NCBI RefSeq assembly: GCF_032444005.1
Contig: NC_091285.1
Location: forward strand, 675,056,001 to 675,120,000
Reading direction: 5' to 3'
DNA from: Ranitomeya imitator
Taxonomy: Eukaryota
DNA length: 64,000 bases
The notes under the pieces are model-generated. The model searched no databases. It was given only the letters and a program-made list of their open reading frames with translations, and was not told the DNA's origin. A program made the position numbers and the translations under genes. Positions 1 through 10,860 of the stretch are shown piece after piece; within the stretch, counting starts at the first letter, position 1, and every line of letters begins with the position of its first letter.

Positions 1-361
1 ACATAGATAATGACCTACAAACACATCAAGCCCCCACAGTCCTTAAACATTATCATTCTCCCTCGGTGCCCCCCACACAGTATGGTGCACTCCCAGCACT
101 CCCCAAGATGATAATGCCCTACAAACCCAATATGATACTTTCAGTGCCCCCCAGACAGAACGATGCTCTCCCAGTGCCCCTCACCCCCGCAGAGCCTCAG
201 ATGGCACAGAGGAATGGTGGAGCAGAGAGAACTACTATAGTAATAGAGATACTAATGTAGTAGGGGGACTCGCCGCGGGCCTAGGGACAGGGGGACAGCG
301 TCTCCAAATCCGGGACCTCTCAAAAAACGCAAAAATGAAAATTGGCCTCTGCTTGAAGGGG
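1..361. mobile_element. Right end of a TTAA (piggyBac-like) element
   Basis: Ends GAAGGGG-TTAA at 355-365, the same terminus as at 54397 and 28595. Confidence 0.35.
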
Positions 362-714
362 TTAAAGATTTATGAGAAGGCATACAGACAGGTGTGAGCA
401 CTGTGGAGGGAGGCCGCGTACATGAACATGCCGCCAGACAACTCGCTGCATTGTACTGTCGCTGCGCGGACGATTGTCCTCACACATTGTCGGCTCTTAC
501 AACACAACTTTCCCATTACGGAGCGGAAAATACCCGACCTGCAGAGCCACATTACACACTGAGGCGCCAAACACAAGCTCTCCCGCCACAGTGATAATAC
601 AGCGCCCCCTGGTGACTGCAAGTGTGCAGGGACAGAATAAACCTGTACACTATACCTTGAAAAAGTATTCATACCCCGTGAACTTTTCCACATTTTTTTC
701 ACAACCACAAACTT

Positions 715-1195
715 AAATGTATACTCTGTAGGACCATCTTCCGCTGCAGTTGCTGCTGCAGTCTTCTGGGGTCTGTCCGTCCCAGATTTGCACATCTAGA
801 GATGACATTTTGCCCCTTCTTCTTTGCACACTCGCTCTGTGAGAACGGATGGCGACATCGATGATCAGCAGTTTTCACGTCTTGTCACAGATTCTCAATG
901 GGATTTCGATCTGGAATCACACACATGGATATGCTGTGATCTAACCCAGACCTGGACATGGTGTGGCCCACCGACAGAGACAGCTGAAGGCCGCGCCATG
1001 CTCATACTCACCCCCTGGTCTGCCGCCACCCATGTCCAGATGTCATCGCTGTCTACATCCACGGGATTTCAGACAGCAATGAATACATTGATGGAGGACA
1101 GAGCCGCTGGCTCCTTTCTCCACCATTCAGCGTGTGCCACGAAAACACGACAAACTCATTACATCGATAATGTCTGCAAAGCACTGTCGTATTAA
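715..1195 (-). pseudogene. Highly decayed Tc1 transposase C-terminal fragment
   Basis: Minus strand from 914 reads PDRNPIENL*QDVKTADHR...SRCANL, the typical DLNPIENLW region with stops and frameshifts. Confidence 0.55.
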
Positions 1196-1229
1196 TGGCG
1201 CTATACAAGTGATTAAAATAAATAAATTG

Positions 1230-1498
1230 CGTCTGCTGTGTGGGCTCATGCTGTGTATAGGGAGCTATGAGGGGGCTCATATTGTATAGAGAGCGCTATG
1301 TAGGAGCTCATACTTTATATAGACGTCTATTACTGTATATAGGGGGCTATGTGGCTGCTCATATTGTATATAGGGGGCCATGTGGGGGCTCATATTGTGT
1401 ATAGGGGGCATGTGTGGGCTCATATTGTATATAGGGGGGCATGTGGGGGCTCATATTGTATATAGGGGGGCATGTGTGGGCTCATATTGTATATAGGA
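1230..1498. repeat. ~30-bp tandem repeat (GGGGGCATGTGTGGGCTCATATTGTATATA), with related units again at ~5150-5210
   Basis: Visible periodicity. Confidence 0.8.
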
Positions 1499-2168
1499 GA
1501 CTTTGCCACGCACTTCAAAAATAAGATCGCCCAAACAAGGCAAGTCTTTGTTGTCTGACCACCACAGCCCCTTTGTATACCAGACCAATGCCCTAACCCC
1601 ATAACTTCCCTCTCCAAAATCACTGAAGGGGAGCTTACTCATCTCCTCTCCAAATCACACCTCACCACTTGTATGCTTGACCCCATCCCATTCCACCTCC
1701 TCCCCAACCTCACCACCACACTAATCTCATCACTAACCCATCTCTTCAACCTATCACTAATTTCTGGTACCTTCTCTTCTATTTTCAAACGTGCCACAAT
1801 CACACCTATCGTCAAAAAGCCATCCCTTGACCCAAGCGCTATGTCCAGCTATCGCTCCATATCTTTGCTCCCATTTGCTTCCAAACTCCTTGAGCAGCAC
1901 GTCCATGCTGAACTTTCCTCTCACTTTGCATCTAACTCTCTCTTCGATAACCTACAATCTGGCTTTCGTCCCCACCATTCCACTGAGACTGCCTGACCAA
2001 AATTACTAACAACTTTCTTACAGCTAAAGCTAACAGACAATTCTCTATACTCCTCCTCCTAGACCTGTCCTCTGCCTTCGACACAGTTGACCACTGCTTC
2101 CTACGGCAGATCCCCTCTTCCTTTGGCGTCAAAAACCTTGCCCTATCCTGGATCTCTTCATACCTTAC
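1499..2168 (+). mobile_element. L2/CR1-group LINE reverse transcriptase fragment (part 1)
   Basis: LDPIP, LTHLFNLSL, ITPIVKKPSLDP, YRSISLLPFASKLLE, QSGFRPHHSTETA; after a frameshift LLDLSSAFDTVDH and SWISSYL. Confidence 0.9.
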
Positions 2169-2890
2169 TGTAGCGCCTTGGAGAGGCGAGCTTCCTAGAG
2201 TGGTACTAAACTTCCCCTGGGTGAGCTATCCAGGTGAAACTGACACCTATACAGGGATCGTTAGGGCAGGCCGAGGGGACTCAAAAACCTCCACAGCCGG
2301 TACCAAGAGGGAGGCTCATAGGGAAGTAGGGTAACGGAAAAACAATAATACGCAGGACCGAGGGAACTAGAAGAACTAATGAAATTGAACCACACGGAAC
2401 GCAGAAGGACTAGGACTGGAGGGGAGCAGAAGCCGAAGGACAGGGTCCGAGAACAGAGAGAACAACGGGAATGAGTGGGTACAGGACCTCCAGGAACAGA
2501 TGGAGGAGACTGGGGCTGTAGGAGAGACAAAGGAAAAAAAATGATTTAACAGAGTAGACAAGCACAAAGGGGAAACCCACAAATAGGAGCCTAAGTATAG
2601 GTACAGAGTTATACACAATAATGAGGAGCCTCCAATAAGTGAAGGCGGCCTGATATACCTGGTACCACTACTTCATTGGCCCAGCGGTGCTTCTGGGTCA
2701 GGGAACCGCTGTTGCTAAAAGTACGGGCGATGCATGCGGTCGTGACCTAAGGCGCATGCGCGAAAAACGAAGTTCCGTCGCAGATCGTGAGACTGGCAGC
2801 GCTGGAGAGATGCGCCGCAACCCCCATCCAGCAGCACGCCGGGACGCAGGGGTGGGGAGGACAAGGTGAGTAGCGGCCACAGTCCTAGCA
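2169..2890. mobile_element. Probable solo LTR inserted into the L2 RT
   Basis: TG...CA ends, imperfect 5-bp flank duplication (CTTAC/CTTTC), splits the YL/SNRTF codons of the LINE. Confidence 0.45.
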
Positions 2891-3060
2891 CTTTCCAACC
2901 GTACATTTAGCGATTCCTACTCCCACACTACCTCCTCATCACGCCCTCTCTCTGTTGGTGTCCCTCAAGGCTCTGTAGTAGGACCCCTACTCTTCTCCAT
3001 CTATACCCTTGGCCTGGGACAACTCAAAGTCCCATGGCTTCCAGTAACACCTGTACCACC
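2891..3060 (+). mobile_element. L2 RT fragment (part 2)
   Basis: SNRTFS...[17 protein letters not shown]...HGFQ*HLY (GVPQGS motif), truncated before YADD. Confidence 0.85.
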
Positions 3061-3069
3061 ACAGTCTTG

Positions 3070-4703
3070 CCTGCAGATACCGGTAGGTGAGTAATAAAAC
3101 TAATAGTAAGTAATCCATGAACAAGTGTGGCCATGGCCTGCTGGCAATAGGTAGTGGAAGAAGAGTATCAGACAGACGGGTATGCGATACTTTAGAATGC
3201 GTGCAGATTCTACAAGTGGATACGGGTTCAACCACATCCTGATGCAACCCCAGCCACGAAAAACAACGAGAAATGAGGTCCGCAGTTGCCTTACCACCTG
3301 GATGACCAGCAAGAACAGAGTTGAGATGTTCCTTAAGGGCGCAGATTAGATGGCACAAATAACCTTCCTGAAGGGCAAGAGGCAAGGGCGTCCCCCTGGG
3401 CCTCCAACACCTCACCCTTTAGCTCAGGGTACAATGCCTAAATGACTACCTCCTTCTGCAAAATCAGGGCAGGGTTCTCATGGTCACCACCACCAGGGAA
3501 GCTCCAGGACAAAGCATCTGCCTTGACATTTTTGACCCCTGGATGGAAAGTGACAACAAAATTGAACCTAATAAAAAACAGGGACCATCTAGCCTGCCTA
3601 AGGTTGAGATGTTTAGCCGATTGAAGATATGACAAGTTCTTATGGTCAGTGATAACAGCAATAGGATGGACAACCCCCTCAAACCAATGTCGCCATTCTT
3701 CAAATGCCAATTTAATCGCTAAACGTTCCTCATTACCCACGTCATAATTTCTCTCAGCTGAAGACAATTTTGTAGAAAAGAAAGTGCATGGACGCCATTT
3801 ACCCGGGGAGGAACCCTGAGACAACACAGCCCCAACCCCCACCTCAGACTCATCAACCTCCACAACAAAGGGTTGGGAAACATCGGGTTGACTGAGAATA
3901 GGGGCCATTGCAAAACAGCTCTTTAAGGAGGAAAAAGCCTGCAGGGCGGCATCCGACCATTTGGAAAAATTCGACCCCTTCCTTGTCATGTCAGTAAGAA
4001 GTTTCACAATTACTGAATAATTTTGGATACATTTCAGGTAAAAATTAGTAAAGCCCAGAAAGCGTTGTAGAGCCTTCAGGTTCTTGGGATGGTCCCAATC
4101 AAGGACAGAATGGACCTTCTCAGGATCCATCCGAAAACCCGAAGATGACAACAAACACCCCAAAGACTGCACTTCCTGGATGGCGAAAACACATTTTTCT
4201 AGCAAAAAGTTAGAAAGCAGAAAAAAACGGCACTAAACTGTTGACTGCAGTCTCAATCAGTCCTTAATATAAAGCACACCACCTGATAGTGAGCTCGGTG
4301 GTGCATGAAAAATGTGTTGAAGACCAAGTGTAGTCAATATTGGAAAAAGAAACAGCACTCACAATTGCTTCTTAAAAAAGCTTAGTGTCCTTTATTCCAT
4401 GTGGCAGGACAACCCTTTAACGTGCAGGGGTAGCAGAAGCAGGGGGAACAATTTTTCTAGTTTGGCATATAGTTTGTTATCCCTTAATATTTGGAGCACC
4501 TGTTTAACATGCCCCCGATGTGTCTCAAAATCAGGTGAGTAAACCAAAATATTGTTCAGATAGACCACCATAAACCTGCCCACCAAATGATGGAAAACAT
4601 CATTAATGAAATGTTGGAATACCGCAGGTGCGTTGGTCAGACCGAAAGGCAGATCTGATAACACCCTACCCGCCCTACAGTCCATAAATTGGTTCCTCAC
4701 CAA
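3070..4703 (-). mobile_element. Decayed Ty3/Gypsy LTR retrotransposon pol (RT, RNase H, start of integrase)
   Basis: LPFGLTNAPAVFQ and YLNNILVYS (YLDD mutated); QRFLGFTNFY, AERNYDVG, EEWRH, ITDHKNL, RQARW, NVKADALS; HHCC region AGHPG...CRIC; domain order RT-RH-IN. Confidence 0.92.
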
Positions 4704-6796
4704 TCGCCGAGCCGGAATCTAAGCCCTGTATCTCCCAAGAGCTAGGCCCTGGATAGGGAGGGCGAGGGGATGAGCACTGGTCAATCCCCACTGTATACTA
4801 AAGACAAAAAGGTGGACAGACAAGGAGAATGAACTTAGCTTGAGTAGACTTAGAGAGCTAACACCAAACGTCCTCAAACAGCTCCAGGGAGGAAGTTAGC
4901 CAACTGCCATAGCTCCAAGCCTTCATAAGTGAAACATGTAAATATCACCGGCAACTCTCTGCAGCAGACTGGGGATTTATAAACACCCAGGTCCAGGAGT
5001 GTCAACTAGAGCCGGAGGGAGATTGCCACTGGGTCCTAGAGTCAGAAGGATTAAGGAGGCATCTGTAATGTCAAACGCAAAGACCTTCTGCAGCCAGATG
5101 CAGAGCGACTGTCTGTAGTATTTGACACACCCATGACAATACTGAATATAGGAGGCCATGTGGGGGCTGATACTGTACACATGAGGCTATGTGGGGGCTG
5201 ATACAGTATACAGCCACAGTCTGTCATGTGCCCCTCGGAATAAAACAATTGTCTATCCCTTGCCTAAACCATCCATTATAGCTCTGGCTGGATGTCTAGG
5301 GTCGTTGCCCTGCAGAAATGTGAACAAATGCCCCAGTCTTAAGCCTTTTGCAGCCTCTAATAGCTTTTCCTTCAGGGTTGCCCTGACCTGTCTGGTGGGC
5401 TCCTTGTTTTTCATGATGCTGTTTGATCCCTAATGTTCTCACACAAACCTTTAAGGCCTTTACATTTCAGTTGTTATTATACTGAGAAGAAATTACACAC
5501 AGGCTGAGTCAGTATACAAATGATATGACTACTGAGAGAATTGGTCACTCTGGATTTTATTTAGGGATGAAACTACAGGGGGCTGAATACAAATGCAAGT
5601 CACAATGTCCAGATTTGTATTTTTATTTTATAAAATCCTTTTATAATTTCCTTTACACATCACAAATACTAACTTTGTGTTGGTACTGTAGCATGGCGCG
5701 GGTCTGTAGCCATGGGCGAGGTACTTGTCTTCCACGCTACATGACGGTGGGGGTTGTAACGGATCCCTTCTCCATGGTGTCATTAGTTTGTCACATACCC
5801 GCTCTCAGCACGTGACTTGTGGTTGTGCCTGCAAGGGTTAATCTATGTCCCCACTCTCAGTCCAGCATTCAACATCTGTCCTATACTGTAACTATAACTC
5901 ACACACCGACCCAGGTCACACATCTGCTCATACACGCTGCCACCACTCACCGAATACACAGGCGATGAGTCCCGGAAATATTACTAATAATGTCTACCAC
6001 TCATAAGGCTCACACACCTTAGGCTATGGATTCTTTTAGAACATTCAAGGTTCAACTTGTTAAAGTTTTATACTTTAATACAAAAAGGTTCAGTGCTTAC
6101 AGTAAGAAAAAGGTATAAAAATGATAAAAGACATACAACTTATGCAAAGCAGTATAAAAATAAACAGGAGAAAACTTACAGAAATCATCTAACTGGTAGT
6201 TTGCTTTCTGCTCCCAGAGGGGGAAGGTGGGTGAATGGGGTTGGTGGAACACATCAGCACCTCAGGCTGCCCTCACATGTGAACATGTTTTTAGGTAAAC
6301 AGGACTAATTTATAGCTTTGGTCTGGAGGTCAGGTTTCTAGACCAGCCCCTCAGGTTAATATCATAATTGCTTGTTTTTTGATTGGACCACAGCTGCGCC
6401 CCCCAATGAATATATTATTTTCTCTTGAGATCCTTTGTGTAAAAGTTCTCACAGAGATACTATCAGGCCGTAATTAACCTCTCTCTTCCAAGAGCTAGGA
6501 GGTGTCAAATGTTACCTTTCTTCTTGGCTTCCAGCAGGACCCCCTGGTGAGATTGGAGACAGAAGTCTACTTGTCCCAGGAAAGTACATATTAACATCTG
6601 GGTGTGACCTGCAGCTTTTCAAGACAGATGGTACATTATTGCCAATCTATACATAGTCCACTGCACACTCACATGACATGTTTCGACACCACGTGTCTTC
6701 CTCCAGGTCCAAAATCTGGAACTTTTTAATGGATAAATAAAAGGTATATTTTGCTCTACCATTGGACTGATCGCTGGAGAAACAAAAAGTTTTTTT

Positions 6797-6799
<3 letters not shown>

Positions 6800-6864
<65 letters not shown>
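6800..6864. repeat. (TA)n microsatellite
   Basis: Direct reading. Confidence 0.95.
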
Positions 6865-6869
<5 letters not shown>

Positions 6870-9292
6870 CATATTTCACCACAGGGGTCCTGGCTGGTTG
6901 TGTGGACTTGTGCTGTGAGGGGGTTATGCCTGTGCAGGCCGCATGTAACCGATGACTTTGATTTGCCGGGACCAGGCGTTGGACAGTTCCATGAGGGAGA
7001 CCACCAGTCAAAAATAAATATTTTACTGAACATTAACTAGGGGAGGGTTAGATATAGAAGATAGCGGGTCATATCTTGATGGTTTCACGACACAGAGAAT
7101 TTTCCTCACACAGATTCCTTCCTCTTTATGCTCTTTATTTTGTCCTCTGTATTTCTATTTCCATACCTCTCAACTTCTGAAGAATAGAAAGGGGGACTTG
7201 TCATCCGCACGCCCAAAAGGTGTTTGCCCACACATTAATCCACACCAATTTACCACTTCTTTCTCCCCTGACAGGAGGAGATGTCAGAGGGACGGTGGCA
7301 GTGAGGGACATTCAGCAGACCCCCGGGACTGCAGGGTGTAGACCCAAATCCGGGACTGTCCGTTGTATCCAGGACGGTTGGGACTAGAGATGAGCGATCG
7401 ATTCCGGTCCGGCATCCCGGTCAGTGGTAATTGGTGGCAGGACGGGAGGCCACAAATCTCTTACTTTACAGTGTCCCTGACGTGGCTTTTGATCACCCAT
7501 AGTCGGAGCGACGTCCTCTATGTGTCCTGCTCATTTCTTCAGACCTGGGGATTATTTTTGGTTCCTTCATTCACAGTCGGAGCCGCCAGAACTTTCTCAC
7601 CTTTATGTACCGTCACTATACAGTATGACATCCGGCTTTTGTCTCTGTAAGGCCGTGTTCACATGTTGCATAAATTCTGTGTTTTTTTGCAGGATTCGCA
7701 CCAAACTACACAATAACAATCCTTTCTGGTTATTGCATCTTTGCTGCATTTTTTAGGCCTTTTCCCCCGTATTTAATGCCTTTCTTCTGCAGAAGTGAAG
7801 CCGCGTTTTTAAGTGCTTTTTATGCTACAGAAAAGCTTTGATTCTGCACTTAATAAAGTGATAATCTGATTGCTGTGACGTGCGGGTCTTCACGATTACA
7901 GGGAAACTAAATATCCGTGTTATTTTCTGATTGGTGATGTTTACTATTTTGACATTGTTGTATTTGTTTTTCATTTTTTTTTTTATTTTATAGGTAGTAA
8001 AAAATCTCTTTTAGTCTGCCTCTAGAATACAGAGACATAAAAATCCACAGCTCTGTGCAATGTATCAGTATAATCTGCCTGTGGAGTCAGGGCCTGCAAT
8101 ACAGATCAAGTACACAGAAGTCTAGTGACATCTCAAGAGTACCAAATTCTCCCACCATTATGGGCTGTGCCTCATAGCTAGAGCTGCTGCCTGAGAAGGT
8201 TGTGGAGATGTGAGTTCCAGCCCTGGCGAGACCTGATCAAAGTAGAAGTGTGAATAACAATTTATGTGAATGCAGAGAGGAGAAATGAAGACGTCTGAGG
8301 GGTAGTAATAGAGGGTGGGACTGAGTCCTCAAATCAAGACAGTGCTGCTGAAACTGGGATGGTTCTCACTACTGCATCACGATCTAGCTCAGTAGTCCAC
8401 TTAGCGAGAGTCCTTTTTTGAAACCTTGGTTCTGTGTCTTCTTCCCCATAAGGGAGCTATGCTGCCAGTACTTACCTTCTCTGGAACTCCTACCTGGGCT
8501 CTTTCTTTGTCCCGCATACTCTGTCCCTCTTGGAGTCATACACTCTGGACCTTAATACAGCTAGGTGTCCTCTCCCAGGAACACTCTCTGATAAATCACT
8601 CTGTCTCTCAGTCATTTCTGCTTCGGATCTCGCCATCTTGTTCCTTCGGTCTCCTCTATCCTTCGGAACACCCCAGAATGCGGCTTTGCTCACGTTGGTC
8701 CTTTCTCCGGGCCCTATCTGCCTGACTACAAGGAAACTGTTTCTGCCCCTTGAGCTTATCACCTCCCACCCTGGGCTCGCCCAAACATTAACCATTGCCA
8801 TCTCTACTGTCAGCAATTCAACATTACTAGCATATTTAATACAATTCACATTGCAACAATTTAAATATTCTTTAAGGGGGAACGTGGTCAACATGTCCAT
8901 CACGTCACATAAAATCCCAATAAAATACATTACAGTTTGTGGGTGTAAGGGAAAAAGATGTGGACAAGGCCAGGTTACCCCGACTGTAGATATAGAACTC
9001 CATAGCCCCCAACTGCCCCACGCTCAGCGGCTCTGTCCCGCTGTCCCGATACCTCATTGCTTTGGCCCCGGCTTCTATATTCAACTCTGACGTCTCCATG
9101 GCTCCTGTATCTCCTCCTTCTCCGGGGACCAACTATGGATGAGCAGGATGCACAGACAACGTCACTCCAGCCCACCGGGGACACAGGGAGGATAGAGATT
9201 TGAGGTCTTCCGTCCAGCCGTCCGGTACCATTGACCTGGACGCTGGATCGGAGTCCCATGAATCGATCGCTCATCTCTAGTCCCATCTCTAG

Positions 9293-10556
9293 CGATTAGC
9301 ACTGGTTGCTATGATTATGCTCTGGTTGCTATGTGATTAGCACTGGTTGCTATGGTTATGATCTGGTTGCTATGCGATTAGCACTATTTGCTATGGTTAT
9401 GCTCTCATTGCTATGTGATTAGCACTGGTTGCCATGGTTATGCTCTGGTTGCTTTGGTTATGATCTGGTTGCGATGTGATTAGCACTGGTTGCTATAGTT
9501 ATGATCTGGTTGCTATGGTTATGATTTGGTCGCTATGTACTTAGCACTGGTTGCCAAGGTTATGCTCTGGTTATGCTCTGGTTGCTATGTGGTTAGCACT
9601 GGTTGCCAAGGTTATGCTCTGGTTGCTCTGGTTACACTCTGGTTGCTATGTGCTTAGCACTGGTTGCTATGGTTATGATTTGGTTGTTATGTGATTAGCA
9701 CTGATTGCTCTGCTTATTCTCTGGTTGCTATGTGGTTAGCACTGGTACCTATGGTTATTCACTGGTTGCTATGGTTATGATCTGGTTAATATGTGATTAG
9801 CATTGGTTGCTATGGTTATGCTCTGGTTGCTATGGTTATGATCTGGTTACTATGTGATTAGCACTGGTTGCTATGGTTATGCTCTGGTTACTATGAGATT
9901 AGCACTGATTGCCATGGTTACGCTCTTGTTGCTATGGTTATCTGGTTGTTATGTGATTAGCACAGGTTGCTATGGTTATGCTCTGGTTACTATGTGGTTA
10001 GCACTGGTTGCTATGGTTATGCTCTGGTTGCTATGTGGTTAGTACTGGTTGCTATGGTTATGCTCAAGTTGCTATGTGGTTATCACTGGTTGCTATGGTT
10101 ACACTGTGGTTACTATGGAATTAATAGCGGTTGCTAGGGTTGTGCTGTGGTCAGAGGTGATGAGCAGAGGTTGCTATGGTTACACTGTGGTTATAAGGTG
10201 ATTAGAACAGGTTGCTATGGTTATGCTCTGGTTACTATGTGGTTAGCACTGGTTGCTATGGTTATGCACTGGTTGCTATGTGGTTAGCACTGGTTGCTAT
10301 GGTTATGCTCTAGTTGCTATGTGGTTAGAATTGGTTGCTATGGTTACACTGTGGTTACTATGGAATTAATAGCGGTTGCTAGGGTTGTGCTGTGGTCAGA
10401 GGTGATGAGCAGAGGTTGCTATGGTTACACTGTGGTTATAAGGTGATTAGCACTGGTTGCTATGATTACACAGTGGTTGCTATGCGATTAATAGTGGTTG
10501 CTAAGGTTATGCTGTGGTTAGAGGTGATGAGGAGAGGTAACTATGGTTATGCTCTG
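9293..10556. repeat. Minisatellite of 20/21-bp subunits (41-bp dimer GATTAGCACTGGTTGCTATGGTTATGCTCTGGTTGCTATGT) abutting the PELP1 promoter
   Basis: Core GGTTGCTATG repeated dozens of times. Confidence 0.9.
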
Positions 10557-10559
10557 GCG

Positions 10560-10860
10560 GTCACGTGATTACCATAGGTTGCCGTCCTGGTTGCCATGGA
10601 TCTCTCCATTGCTGGGATACCGCTGGCGGCGCGGTTCCGTGACGTCACGTAGAAGTCGCGCCGGCTGATGACGTGGTGGCGGGAAGATGGCGGCGACGTG
10701 TGTCGGGGTCCGGATGATGGAGGCGGCGGTGAGCGGGCTCCTGGAACATGACCTGACTGAGGGAGAGCTGGGGGAGACGATCCGGGCGCTGCGGGAGCAC
10801 GGAGCCGTGCGGGGAGAGGTGAGGAGCGGCCGCCATTGTGTGCAGCCTGTGCCCGGGGTC
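10560..10860 (+). promoter_or_regulatory. PELP1 CpG-island promoter
   Basis: CpG-dense; GTCACGTGA E-box 10560-10568, TGACGTCA CRE 10640-10647, TGACGTGG 10669-10676, YY1-type AAGATGGCGGC over the ATG. Confidence 0.75.
10687..10818 (+). CDS. PELP1: PELP1 exon 1 (MAATCVGVRMMEAAVSGLLEHDLTEGELGETIRALREHGAVRGE)
   Basis: ATG in gggaagATGGCGGCG context inside a CpG island; donor GAG/gtgagg; phase 0 matches exon 2. Confidence 0.85.

Noticed and set aside
824-1195. 123-aa + strand ORF
   Set aside because: It is the antisense of a decayed Tc1 fragment, with no recognisable domain
5690-6650. Possible LTR-like segment starting TGTAACGG/TGTAGC
   Set aside because: No partner LTR, TSD, PBS or PPT could be identified by eye
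8426-9090. Overlapping ORFs of 99-186 aa
   Set aside because: No motif, splice or codon support; probably decayed repeat sequence
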